24,000 nt of DNA, taken from Candidatus Bathyarchaeia archaeon (GTDB lineage Archaea > Asgardarchaeota > Heimdallarchaeia > JABLTI01). The DNA lies in contig DATKZI010000043.1 in assembly GCA_035528035.1 (NCBI GenBank), positions 27,332 through 51,331 on the forward strand, given 5' to 3'. Both the position numbers and the translations under genes were made by a program. The notes below the pieces were generated by a model. It had not been told where the DNA came from. It was given only the letters and a program-made list of their open reading frames with translations, and did no database searches. Shown here piece by piece: positions 10,381 through 18,624 of the stretch. The first letter of the stretch is position 1. Each line of letters opens with the position of its first letter.

Positions 10381-11451
10381 ATGGTAGCTGTGAAAGCAAT
10401 ATCCTCTGATGAAGTATTTCAAGAATGGGTTAGTAAAGCTGATATCAATACTTTGAAAAAATTCTATGAAAGAAAGAAAGTAGATTTCAAGCGGGATCAC
10501 GTTTCTGCTGTCGAAACGGTTTACAATGTCTCTAAATTTATAGTGATTTATTTTGAGAAAAAAATTCCTGATACATTTACTGGAAACACTGAAGTAAAAG
10601 TAGAAAAAACAACTGTAGATGAATTAGATAGATACAAATTCTATGATTTTAAAAACAGGAGAGTTGATTTTGATCAGTGGAAGGAAAAATCAATTTCCGT
10701 TCCAACCATAAGCAGTTTGCAATCATCTGATTGTCCAAAATGCTATGGAACAGGTAAAACAAAATGCGAAACCTGTGGAGGCACCGTTACAATCAAATGT
10801 GATAAATGTGATGGCAGTGGAAGAATTGGTTGTAGTAGTTGTAAAGGTAATAGGACCTTAATTACAAGTATTGATGTATATGATGCAGAGAACAAAAAAA
10901 CCAAAACGGAGATTAAAATTCCTTGCCCTCAATGTTCACATACAGGAACCATTACATGTACAAAATGCAATGGAGCGAAAATAATCTATTGTAGAAATTG
11001 TACTGGAGGAGCAAATACTTGCAAGGTATGTAAGGGGTATGGCATAATTTACAATTTCAAATATGAACCTGTGCCTTTTATCACAAGTAAAAAGAGAGCC
11101 ATGGTTTTCTATAAAAAAGATGTCGAGAAATTTATTGACAAGAAAGAAGTTGAGCAACTTCTAAATTCTCGAGAGATAGAAGGAATAGCAATTCAAAATC
11201 CAGATGAATTGACTCAAACAAGATTACTACCTGAACTAAATTACTGGACTGCTGAAGCAGATAAAATATGTAATGAAGCGAGGAAAACTTACAAAGATTT
11301 AATGAAGAGCAAACAAATACAAACAAATCAAAAAATCATGGTTTTTCCTGCATTGCAATTACGCTGTAGAAGTGTAAAAGGAAAGAACTTTGAAGTTTTC
11401 GGAATTGGCACATCTGAAAGTTTTGTAGTTTTAGATGATGGTTTCAAATAG
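10381..11451 (+). CDS. DnaJ-type CxxCxGxG zinc-domain protein without J domain; likely start 10381
   Basis: The ORF track starts at a TTG at 10351, but GGTGA at 10371-10375 is well spaced for ATG 10381. Eight CxxCxG-like motifs: CPKCYGTG, CETCGG, CDKCDGSG, CSSCKG, CPQCSHTG, CTKCNG, CRNCTGG, CKVCKGYG. Confidence 0.85.
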   Translation: MVAVKAISSDEVFQEWVSKADINTLKKFYERKKVDFKRDHVSAVETVYNVSKFIVIYFEKKIPDTFTGNTEVKVEKTTVDELDRYKFYDFKNRRVDFDQWKEKSISVPTISSLQSSDCPKCYGTGKTKCETCGGTVTIKCDKCDGSGRIGCSSCKGNRTLITSIDVYDAENKKTKTEIKIPCPQCSHTGTITCTKCNGAKIIYCRNCTGGANTCKVCKGYGIIYNFKYEPVPFITSKKRAMVFYKKDVEKFIDKKEVEQLLNSREIEGIAIQNPDELTQTRLLPELNYWTAEADKICNEARKTYKDLMKSKQIQTNQKIMVFPALQLRCRSVKGKNFEVFGIGTSESFVVLDDGFK

Positions 11452-11551
11452 AAATCATATTTTATTTACGATAGGATAATAAATTGGCTTTCTTTGAAGC
11501 AAAGCCAATTGTTTTCTAATTCAAAATATAAAACTGATGCTTATATAAAAC

Positions 11552-12625
11552 TCAAATATTAGAATCCTCGTCTGTTTTACTTTTGAAGACTTTATCCTTG
11601 AGTTCTTCACTTTTCTTGACTATACTGGAATAAATTTTATCTGTTTTTTCATCGAATGATTTTATCAAAGATTTAGATGTTTGACTTAAATTTTCCTTGA
11701 TACGTGAAGTGGCTTTTTTCTCAGGATTAGGCGTTACAGCTTCTATAAAAGTAATAGGAAGAGTATGGACATCACAAGGATAAGATCTATTTGGATTAGA
11801 AGCATAACCCTCATCCTTTAACCAAGTTTTGGCAGAATTATAAGCTTCATCAATTAAGAATTCTGATTTCGAGAAATCATGTGGTCCTACATTTACACAA
11901 TAAGGCGGTGGAATGATTATTAGCTCAACTTTATCTTTGTATAATTGAATATCAGTTGCTAATTGTCTATTAAGAAGAAAGATGAAACTACGTATGAGAA
12001 TTTCCATAACATTTTTTGGTTCTTGATCTGAAGATGGAACACCAATCGGAAAAACAACTATCCGACCAGCACCTAATCTAACAGCTGTAGAGATTGGCGC
12101 ATTGTTAATTATCCCACCATCAACCAATAATCGATCATTCATATGTAATGGAGGAAACACACCCGGAATTCCTGCGCTTGACATTAAAGCTTCTATTGCT
12201 AACCCTTTGTTAAAAACTACCTCTTCGCCACATTTGATATCAGTGCTAATAATATACAAGGGAATTTTAGTTTCTTCAATGCGTGTAAAAGGAAGATGTT
12301 CAGTAATTAATTTACGTAAATTTTTTGGTGAAACTAAGTGTAAACCAGAAGTTGTGAGATTTACTACAGGTGTAACTGGTGAAGGAGGAAAAACATCCCG
12401 CATTTTGATACTACGCCAAATTCGTTCAATAGCATTTACTCCCTCTAAAGTTGGATTATAGGCATACATTGCACCATTTAAACTTCCAACAGACGTACCT
12501 AAGACCATGTCAGCTTGAATATTGTGCTCTACAATAGCCCTTAGAGCACCAACTTCAACAGCGCCTAAACTAGCACCACCTGAGAAAACAAATGCTGTTT
12601 TTGAATTAAATGTATAACCTTCCAT
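11552..12625 (-). CDS. Patatin-like phospholipase
   Basis: 357-aa ORF: FSGGASLGAVEVGAL (oxyanion), GTSVGS (GxSxG), LVDGGIINNAP (Asp of the dyad). Confidence 0.92.
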   Translation of the reverse strand: MEGYTFNSKTAFVFSGGASLGAVEVGALRAIVEHNIQADMVLGTSVGSLNGAMYAYNPTLEGVNAIERIWRSIKMRDVFPPSPVTPVVNLTTSGLHLVSPKNLRKLITEHLPFTRIEETKIPLYIISTDIKCGEEVVFNKGLAIEALMSSAGIPGVFPPLHMNDRLLVDGGIINNAPISTAVRLGAGRIVVFPIGVPSSDQEPKNVMEILIRSFIFLLNRQLATDIQLYKDKVELIIIPPPYCVNVGPHDFSKSEFLIDEAYNSAKTWLKDEGYASNPNRSYPCDVHTLPITFIEAVTPNPEKKATSRIKENLSQTSKSLIKSFDEKTDKIYSSIVKKSEELKDKVFKSKTDEDSNI

Positions 12626-12818
12626 AAAGAGATAATATTATTTACTCATTTAATAAGTTCTTTATTTTATAGAAAATGGGCTGTGTAAGCATGATGCTTC
12701 TAAGCAAAAAACTAACAAGATTAGTATCATCATTAATTTGGCAATAAAAATAAGTAAGACAATAGAACAAAAAAATCAATTATAATAAAACGAAATAAAG
12801 ATAATAGAAAAGTAAATG

Positions 12819-12847
12819 GTGGCCGGGAACGGATTTGAACCGCCGAC
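12819..12847 (-). repeat. Displaced 3'-terminal fragment of tRNA-Pro (T-arm plus acceptor 3' strand), candidate att site
   Basis: gtggccgggaacggatttgaaccgccgac matches gtggccggggacggatttgaaccgccgac (14881..14909) at 28/29 positions. There is no D-arm or anticodon arm beyond it. Weaker similarity continues to 12809 (aaagtaaatg vs aaagaaagtg, 8/10). Confidence 0.88.
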
Positions 12848-12911
12848 AATTAAACTATAATATAATTGTTCTTTAAAAATAATTGAAAGTTAAAGAGCAT
12901 GTCAACAAATA

Positions 12912-13547
12912 TTATACGATGAGTTTATTTTTGTTTTTACTTATTATTTCTAAAATCTCTTGTACTATTTGAACAACTAATGTTGAAGGGTTGCTAGCTA
13001 GAGATAGTAGTTCAACCCCTAAATCGCTATGTTTCTTATTCAATTTAATAGCATTTTTCATAGCATTATTTCTGTTATTAACGAGAATATCAAAATAATC
13101 CTTCGACTTGGTATAATTCAAAATATTTTTGGTTAACTTTTCAAGTAAATCTTTTGTTGAAATTCTTTGGTCATAATAAATATAATGTAATAAATACCAT
13201 AATTCGAAACAGGGATTTGACAAACATAAATTAATGTTATTTTTTTGAGCTAATTTACTAGCGTCTGAAATATTTTGTAAAGTATTCTTATCAGCATCAA
13301 AAACACACCAGACTTGATCTCCATATTGGAAGTCAATACCATATTTTTGTATTTGACTTAAAGCAAATTTCACCAGATTTTTCGGATCAGTGACATTTGT
13401 TTTTGGCGTTAGAATCTCAAGTCCATTATTTCGAGCTCTATATCTTCCAAAATAGATCCTCTCGGTTTTTTGACCCTCGCAAATCAATAAGATTTTGGTG
13501 ATTTGTTTTCGAAGATTAGCTTTTCTGGAAGAATATCCTTTTGCCAT
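12912..13547 (-). CDS. RloB-like protein (AbiLii-type)
   Basis: 211-aa ORF: KILLICEGQKTERIYFGRY, QVWCVFDADKNT, NINLCLSNPCFELWYLLHYIYY, the characteristic RloB motifs. Start codon directly abuts the upstream gene's stop (TAAATG). Confidence 0.9.
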   Translation of the reverse strand: MAKGYSSRKANLRKQITKILLICEGQKTERIYFGRYRARNNGLEILTPKTNVTDPKNLVKFALSQIQKYGIDFQYGDQVWCVFDADKNTLQNISDASKLAQKNNINLCLSNPCFELWYLLHYIYYDQRISTKDLLEKLTKNILNYTKSKDYFDILVNNRNNAMKNAIKLNKKHSDLGVELLSLASNPSTLVVQIVQEILEIISKNKNKLIV

Positions 13548-14783
13548 TTAACCAAACCCATTTTCTTTTATGAAAGGTAAAGCACCATATCTTCCTGCTA
13601 GATATCCTCGCTCAATATCCTTATCCTTTCTGGGACTAAATTCTATTAAGGAATATAGTTCTGTACTACCTTTTTCTTCATTTTTTTCAGTGAACCATAT
13701 TTGATCTCTTCTGAATATTGTTTGATCTAACAAATTTGTATTATGTGTAGTAAATATCAGTTGGGCATTTGTTTTATTTTGAATTTTATTATGAAAGAGA
13801 TTGATTAGAAATAAATTTAATTTATGATGTAATTTTACCTCTAGTTCATCTATAACAAGAATCCGTCCATTTTCTAATGCGTCTAACCATAGACCAATTA
13901 GCGAAAACAACCTCTTCGTTCCCTCAGATTCCTCTGTAAAGTAATCAAAAACTACTCCTTTATGCGAGGTTTTAATATTGATTTCTTCTAATGACAAAGT
14001 TTTTGCTATATTAATAAAACTTTTAATTTCAGGTGGTAAAGATTCTGGGATTTTCTCTAATAACCTTAAATTTACCTCAATGTCTTCTAATGCTAAATCT
14101 GCTTCTGCTAATGCTTTTAATATTAGTTCTTTGTTCTTGGATTCCTTTTCAATAAAAGCAATGGTTGGTCTCTCAGATCCGATGGGTTGATATGGTCCAA
14201 TAAATTGCAATTGATTCTTAAACCAATCAAAGACAGGAAAAACTTCTTGATAATTCTCTTGTGTAGCTTTTGATAAATAGAGAGTATTCTCAAGTGTTCT
14301 TTCAGCTATGAAGTTTTGAATGGTTTTATCTCTAGTAAATTTAAATTCAGTATTTATTCTCTCAAAGAGTAATGCACGTCTGTTATTTTTATACCAATAC
14401 AGTGATTCTTCTAAAACTTTTATGCCATTAAAAGCAATTGTATAAGCATATTTAATCTCATTTTGAATAAAGATAATTTGAAATCTGGTTGGAATTTGTA
14501 AACAAGCTTTGTCTAATTTAAAGGGCTCATATTTTATACCTTGACCTTTTTGATGGTTATGAGAGTTTAATACAAGGGCTTTTAGAAAGTAAAAAGCCAT
14601 CAGAATATTACTTTTACCTGAAGCATTTGCTCCATAAATTACTGCACTTCGAAGTAGATTGTCAGATTTCAAAACAGAAGTGATTAAATTATCTTCCAAA
14701 GATAAATCCTTAGAAGCAATCATACTAAAAGTGACTTTATCTTTTATTGACCGATAATTTTCAATACTAAATTCAATTAACAA
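13548..14783 (-). CDS. RloA/AbiLi-like AAA-family (ABC/SMC-type) ATPase
   Basis: 411-aa ORF: MLIEFSIENYRSIKDKVTFSM, Walker A YGANASGKSNILMA, Walker B GRILVIDELEVKLHHKL, FTTHNTNLLD. Confidence 0.9.
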   Translation of the reverse strand: MLIEFSIENYRSIKDKVTFSMIASKDLSLEDNLITSVLKSDNLLRSAVIYGANASGKSNILMAFYFLKALVLNSHNHQKGQGIKYEPFKLDKACLQIPTRFQIIFIQNEIKYAYTIAFNGIKVLEESLYWYKNNRRALLFERINTEFKFTRDKTIQNFIAERTLENTLYLSKATQENYQEVFPVFDWFKNQLQFIGPYQPIGSERPTIAFIEKESKNKELILKALAEADLALEDIEVNLRLLEKIPESLPPEIKSFINIAKTLSLEEINIKTSHKGVVFDYFTEESEGTKRLFSLIGLWLDALENGRILVIDELEVKLHHKLNLFLINLFHNKIQNKTNAQLIFTTHNTNLLDQTIFRRDQIWFTEKNEEKGSTELYSLIEFSPRKDKDIERGYLAGRYGALPFIKENGFG

Positions 14784-14881
14784 ATTAAAACACCGCCTAA
14801 GGACAAATTTTGTGGTTTTTTCACAAAAATTAAGATTAAAATAGTCACTGATACTATTTAAAGATTATGGAAAGAAAGTGG

Positions 14882-14998
14882 TGGCCGGGGACGGATTTGA
14901 ACCGCCGACCACTTAGTAATCTGCTGGTGGGACTCATCCCGCTACTATTAGCTTTCCAGTCCCAAACCAAGTATCATACCGTGCTAGACTACCCGGCC
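14882..14998 (-). tRNA. tRNA-Pro(UGG) with a 43-nt intron (14918..14960) between positions 37 and 38
   Basis: Spliced: GGCCGGG TA GTCTAGCACGGTATGAT A CTTGG TTTGGG|A CTAAG TGGTC GGCGG TTCAAAT CCGTC CCCGGCC A. Acceptor 7/7 paired, T-arm and anticodon stem paired. BHB: 4-bp central helix TTTG/CAGA, 3-nt bulges GG^A and TT^A, intron helix CTGG/CCAG. Confidence 0.93.
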
Positions 14999-15074
14999 TT
15001 CTCTTGTGCTTTGCTAAGCATTCTTTTTTGAGTTTTTTCTGATTTTTGAATCTTTCGTTAGCTTGCTGATAATC

Positions 15075-15287
15075 TTATTCGTCATCTAAACCTTTATCCA
15101 ACCATGTGCTATTCATATGATGTTTTTGACTGATAGGACATCTTACAAAATATTTAACACGATTTGAATATACTTCGTCACTTTCTATTAATTCTACACA
15201 ATCTATACAATAGTATTTTTCACAATCAAAACACCATTGTAAATTTTTCTCTTTCCCACATTTCGCACATTTTTCTTTTAATGCCAT
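15075..15287 (-). CDS. Small zinc-binding protein, B-box-like
   Basis: 70-aa ORF with CAKC-x8-CFDC-x4-CIDC and later C..HH; spacing resembles B-box-type zinc fingers. Confidence 0.7.
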   Translation of the reverse strand: MALKEKCAKCGKEKNLQWCFDCEKYYCIDCVELIESDEVYSNRVKYFVRCPISQKHHMNSTWLDKGLDDE

Positions 15288-15491
15288 TATTATCAGATTC
15301 CTTAATTACGATATTTTATTTTAAATACTTTATTAGAATCTAAAAATGCAAGAACTCTCCAAGGTAATTCGCGAATGGAACCTAAATTAAATTATTTTTT
15401 CACCAAAAGTCAATATATTCTAACTTTTCATCTTATAGAAAAACTTTTATTTTTTGAATTTGTTTTTTATTTGATTTAGGGGTTTTATATT

Positions 15492-16799
15492 ATGAATTCG
15501 TCCAGTAAAATATACACGTTAATTTTTATTTTCATTTTTTCATTACAAACTTGTTTTCCAATTTCTGCACAAACTAGCTCATTTTTCCCCATAACTTGGA
15601 ATAGCCCAATACTGTTATCATCTCCTGATATTCCAAGCACTTATCCCAATATTGTAGTAGATACAAACAATAAAACATCAGTGGTTTGGATTGGCAAAAT
15701 TGGTTATAGTGAAAAGGTAAATTATAGATACAGAAATAATTTTAATAGTTGGTCAGCTATTCAAGATATTTCAACTACAGTAGGTGTTTATGCTACCCCA
15801 GAAAAATGTTCGATGATTTTAGACAAATCCAATATAGTACATGTAGCGTGGTTGAATAGTAATTATGATCTTTATTATCGATACTTAAATGGAACTATTT
15901 GGTCTAATTCCCAAATTATCGCGGGATTAAATAACTCTGGTAGTTTTTCATTAGCCTCCTTTTTGGATGGATCAATTGTTTTTGTTTGGAATACCATCTA
16001 TAATACTAGAAACCAATTATTTTCTCGTTGTTTCTATCCTCAATTTAATAATTGGTCAGACATAATCCAAATTACTAAAAGTAAAGGTAATTGTAAATAT
16101 GTTGATATCGCCATTGATTCTACTGATCAAGCTCATTTAGTTTGGGTTGAGGAAATAGCTTCCCCCTATTTTTCAGGGATTAAATATCAAACATTTAACA
16201 AAACATACACATTTACTAATGAAACAAAAATCAGCACTTTAGATGATGAAGAATATGATAATCCATGCATAGCTACTGATAGCTTAAATAATGTACATAT
16301 AGCATGGGAAGAAAAGGTTGGCTATCCTAGCTATGAAAGGGGATTAGTTTACAGATATCAAAATAACGGAAGCTGGAGCTCAAAGAAATATTTCGATCTT
16401 TATGGTAGCGCAACGAATCCGGTTATTATGTGCGATTCCAATGATCTTTTACATCTCCTATGGTCGGAATATAATTCTTTGATTTACAATCAAATAGGAG
16501 AAAATGGCTTGCGTTCTGATTATGATTTTGTTATAACACAATGTGGAGGAACTATACCAGATATGGTTGTAGACGACAACAATATTGTACATATACTCTA
16601 TTCTGCTGATGAATCTGCATCTGAACCAACCTATTATGGAATTAATTATATTGTAGGCATGAGAACTGTTTTGGAGCCCACAACACCTCCAATTAGTATA
16701 TCAATAAACCTTTCATTTCAAACAATCTTCCTCATGATTTTTGGGATAAATTCAGCAATCAGTATAGTTATAATTTATAAAAAGAAAAAGAACTCATGA
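15492..16799 (+). CDS. Secreted/surface protein, beta-propeller (sialidase/BNR-like) repeats with signal peptide and C-terminal TM
   Basis: N-terminal IYTLIFIFIFSLQTCFPISAQ; repeated blocks such as NIVHVAWLNSNYDLYYR, NNVHIAWEEKVGYPSYERGLVYRY and NDLLHLLWSEYNSLIYNQ; C-terminal LSFQTIFLMIFGINSAISIVIIYKKKKNS. Confidence 0.8.
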   Translation: MNSSSKIYTLIFIFIFSLQTCFPISAQTSSFFPITWNSPILLSSPDIPSTYPNIVVDTNNKTSVVWIGKIGYSEKVNYRYRNNFNSWSAIQDISTTVGVYATPEKCSMILDKSNIVHVAWLNSNYDLYYRYLNGTIWSNSQIIAGLNNSGSFSLASFLDGSIVFVWNTIYNTRNQLFSRCFYPQFNNWSDIIQITKSKGNCKYVDIAIDSTDQAHLVWVEEIASPYFSGIKYQTFNKTYTFTNETKISTLDDEEYDNPCIATDSLNNVHIAWEEKVGYPSYERGLVYRYQNNGSWSSKKYFDLYGSATNPVIMCDSNDLLHLLWSEYNSLIYNQIGENGLRSDYDFVITQCGGTIPDMVVDDNNIVHILYSADESASEPTYYGINYIVGMRTVLEPTTPPISISINLSFQTIFLMIFGINSAISIVIIYKKKKNS

Positions 16800-16992
16800 A
16801 TCATATGAAGATGAAGAATCAGGTTACCCAATCGCTATTTTATTATCAACAGATAATACAGAAGAAACTATACAGATCAACATAGATGACTATTCGAATG
16901 TTTTCCTTAGGAATTATAAATTGGAGGAAAAAACCAAAGCTGCAATCGCTTCGTATAAAGCTAAGTATAGAAAATCTCTAAAACAAGATTAG
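16774..16992 (+). pseudogene. Start-less ORF directly continuing the upstream surface protein in the +1 frame
   Basis: Frame-1 translation: FIKRKRTHESYEDEESGYPIAILLSTDNTEETIQINIDDYSNVFLRNYKLEEKTKAAIASYKAKYRKSLKQD*. No ATG/GTG/TTG in frame before the coding-like part; overlaps the A-rich stop region of the upstream gene. Confidence 0.5.
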
Positions 16993-16996
16993 GCTC

Positions 16997-17028
16997 AAAA
17001 GGGAGGTAAATTCTCCTTTTCTTTTTTT
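16997..17028 (+). terminator. Possible stem-loop plus T-tract between convergent genes
   Basis: AAAAGGGAGGTAAATTCTCCTTTTCTTTTTTT: imperfect stem (AAAAG-GGAG / CTCCTTTT) followed by a T run. Confidence 0.3.
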
Positions 17029-17083
17029 ACTAATCTTACTTCATGATACTATTAATTAACTCCTCTAGTGTCACCTAGTGTTA

Positions 17084-18481
17084 TTATTTAGCTTTAGGAT
17101 ACTCTTCTATAGGAATAATAGGTTCAATTGGCAACTCTTCTTCTTGAATTCCACTTTTAATTAATTTTTGTGATTCCCTTAAGTTCTTTTTAACAACTTT
17201 GCTGATTACCAAAGGAAGTAACCCTGCTATAGGATATGCAACCATTGCAATTGGAAATAGCATTGCATCCAGAGCTGTAAAAGCTAAACCGCCAAGCAAA
17301 GTTCCCGTAGCTCTCATAGCTCTTTGTCCTGTTTGCAGAAGACCCAAAGTCTTTCCTCGATGTTTGGGCGGTATCCATTCAAACAAAAAGCTATTCCAAG
17401 CAGCTGAGGGTGTCATAGCAAAGAAATATCTTAGTATAAAGAAGAAACAGGTGAGATAAAACATATCATGGCTGCCTGCAAGCCAAATACCTATTGCTGC
17501 AGGTATCACTGCTGTCCAGAAAATTACTACCACTACATCTTTACCCCATTTTTCAGCGATAAAGGCAATTAGTAGATAACCGGCTGAGAGAGCTAACCAA
17601 TTTAGAGAATTCAACCATGCCCAAGCCATGAAATGGGCTTCAAAAATATAATTAAAATGAGTGTAAACATATGCTCCTACAAAAGGAATTGCCACCCCAC
17701 TAGTAAAACCCATCAACATTCGTCCAATCCCAAAACTTCCTTGCACTAAGAGAATAGATTTCAATCCTTTCTTTTCATCCGCGAATGCAGTAAAATCATC
17801 ACCACTTTTTTCAGAAAGTTCTTGAGCATAATCGATCTCTCCTTTAGGGGATTTTTCAGCAATTAATTTTAATGTGAAAATTAGGATCAATGCTATTACC
17901 CCAAAAATAGCCATGATAGTAAAGACCCAATCATATCCTAGAATGGGGAAGGTCAATAAAAACATACAAATAATAGGGGCGGAAGCACTTGCCAAACCTC
18001 TCGAAACCATATTCCAAGTTAATCCCTTCGTTCTATGCTTCCCTTTACCAGTTTCATTAGCAATAAAAGCATTAGTGGAAATCATCATTAATTGTTGCCC
18101 TATAGCAAACAAGCAGTAAAATAGTATAGATAAACCATAATTATCTACTCGAGTAAAAGCAACAGCTGAAACAATAATGGATAAGAGACCTATAATCATG
18201 CCTGTGCGTTTAAATTGTATATCTACTAGAAATCCCAAAATAAAGATAATGACCATTGAAGCATACCCTCCTATGGAGAGTACTAAACCGTATTTTTCAT
18301 TTGTCCACCCTTTTTCATCAAATGCAAATGGTATAATCAGTGTACTAAATGATTCTTCAAAAATTCGATAGAAAAAACTAACTGTAATGATATTACGCAA
18401 AATCCCTTTATGATTTCTACCGTTGAAATTAGAATCAATTGCTGATGAAGGTTCTGTAGGGGCGTTAGTTTTCATAGTCAC
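17084..18481 (-). CDS. Major facilitator superfamily transporter
   Basis: 465-aa polytopic protein with about 12 hydrophobic segments and MFS-like loops (DIQFKRTGMIIG, GKGKHRTKG, IPPKHRGKTLG). Confidence 0.88.
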   Translation of the reverse strand: MTMKTNAPTEPSSAIDSNFNGRNHKGILRNIITVSFFYRIFEESFSTLIIPFAFDEKGWTNEKYGLVLSIGGYASMVIIFILGFLVDIQFKRTGMIIGLLSIIVSAVAFTRVDNYGLSILFYCLFAIGQQLMMISTNAFIANETGKGKHRTKGLTWNMVSRGLASASAPIICMFLLTFPILGYDWVFTIMAIFGVIALILIFTLKLIAEKSPKGEIDYAQELSEKSGDDFTAFADEKKGLKSILLVQGSFGIGRMLMGFTSGVAIPFVGAYVYTHFNYIFEAHFMAWAWLNSLNWLALSAGYLLIAFIAEKWGKDVVVVIFWTAVIPAAIGIWLAGSHDMFYLTCFFFILRYFFAMTPSAAWNSFLFEWIPPKHRGKTLGLLQTGQRAMRATGTLLGGLAFTALDAMLFPIAMVAYPIAGLLPLVISKVVKKNLRESQKLIKSGIQEEELPIEPIIPIEEYPKAK

Positions 18482-18624
18482 TATAAAACATTCAATGAGA
18501 ATTTAACGTTTTTGCTAATTTTAATTAATTGTCCTCAACATAATCCTATTTTTAAATAAAAGTTAAAACAAGGTAAACTAATAGTCAATTAATAGTCTAA
18601 ATTGTTAAGGATCATGGTAGAATT

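Larger units (their letters stand above)
12848..14909 (-). mobile_element. Candidate ~2.06 kb tRNA-integrated island carrying only an RloA/RloB-like pair
   Basis: Direct repeats (12819..12847 and 14881..14909, same orientation, 2062 bp apart) correspond to the tRNA-Pro 3' end. One is in an intact tRNA, the other is an orphan fragment. About 1.87 kb of the interval is coding. No integrase is visible. Confidence 0.55.

Noticed and set aside
12102-12461. + strand 119-aa ORF opposite the patatin gene
   Set aside because: Lies wholly antisense to a well-supported patatin-like CDS with intact motifs; low-complexity mirror reading.
12819-12860. Orphan fragment as a second complete tRNA gene
   Set aside because: After the T-arm the sequence becomes AT-rich (aattaaactataatataatt), with no variable loop, anticodon arm or D-arm.
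13978-14190. + strand 70-aa ORF inside the ATPase gene
   Set aside because: Antisense to the RloA-like CDS with intact Walker motifs; no protein-like features.
11552-14783. Patatin phospholipase plus RloAB as a single CBASS-like defence operon
   Set aside because: No nucleotidyltransferase (cyclase) is visible, and the patatin gene lies outside the tRNA-fragment boundary, so linkage is unsupported.
14882-14998. Alternative reading as tRNA-Ser(GGA) from the CTGGAAA string with TGGGA/TCCCA stem
   Set aside because: It would need an extra ~8 nt between the D-arm and anticodon arm. The Pro(UGG) model gives correct arm lengths, a 5-nt variable loop and a perfect BHB intron; the CTGG lies inside the intron.
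17190-18371. Cluster of small ORFs (17190..17378, 17199..17459, 17874..18119, 18177..18371)
   Set aside because: All overlap the MFS transporter CDS in other frames or antisense; no independent support.
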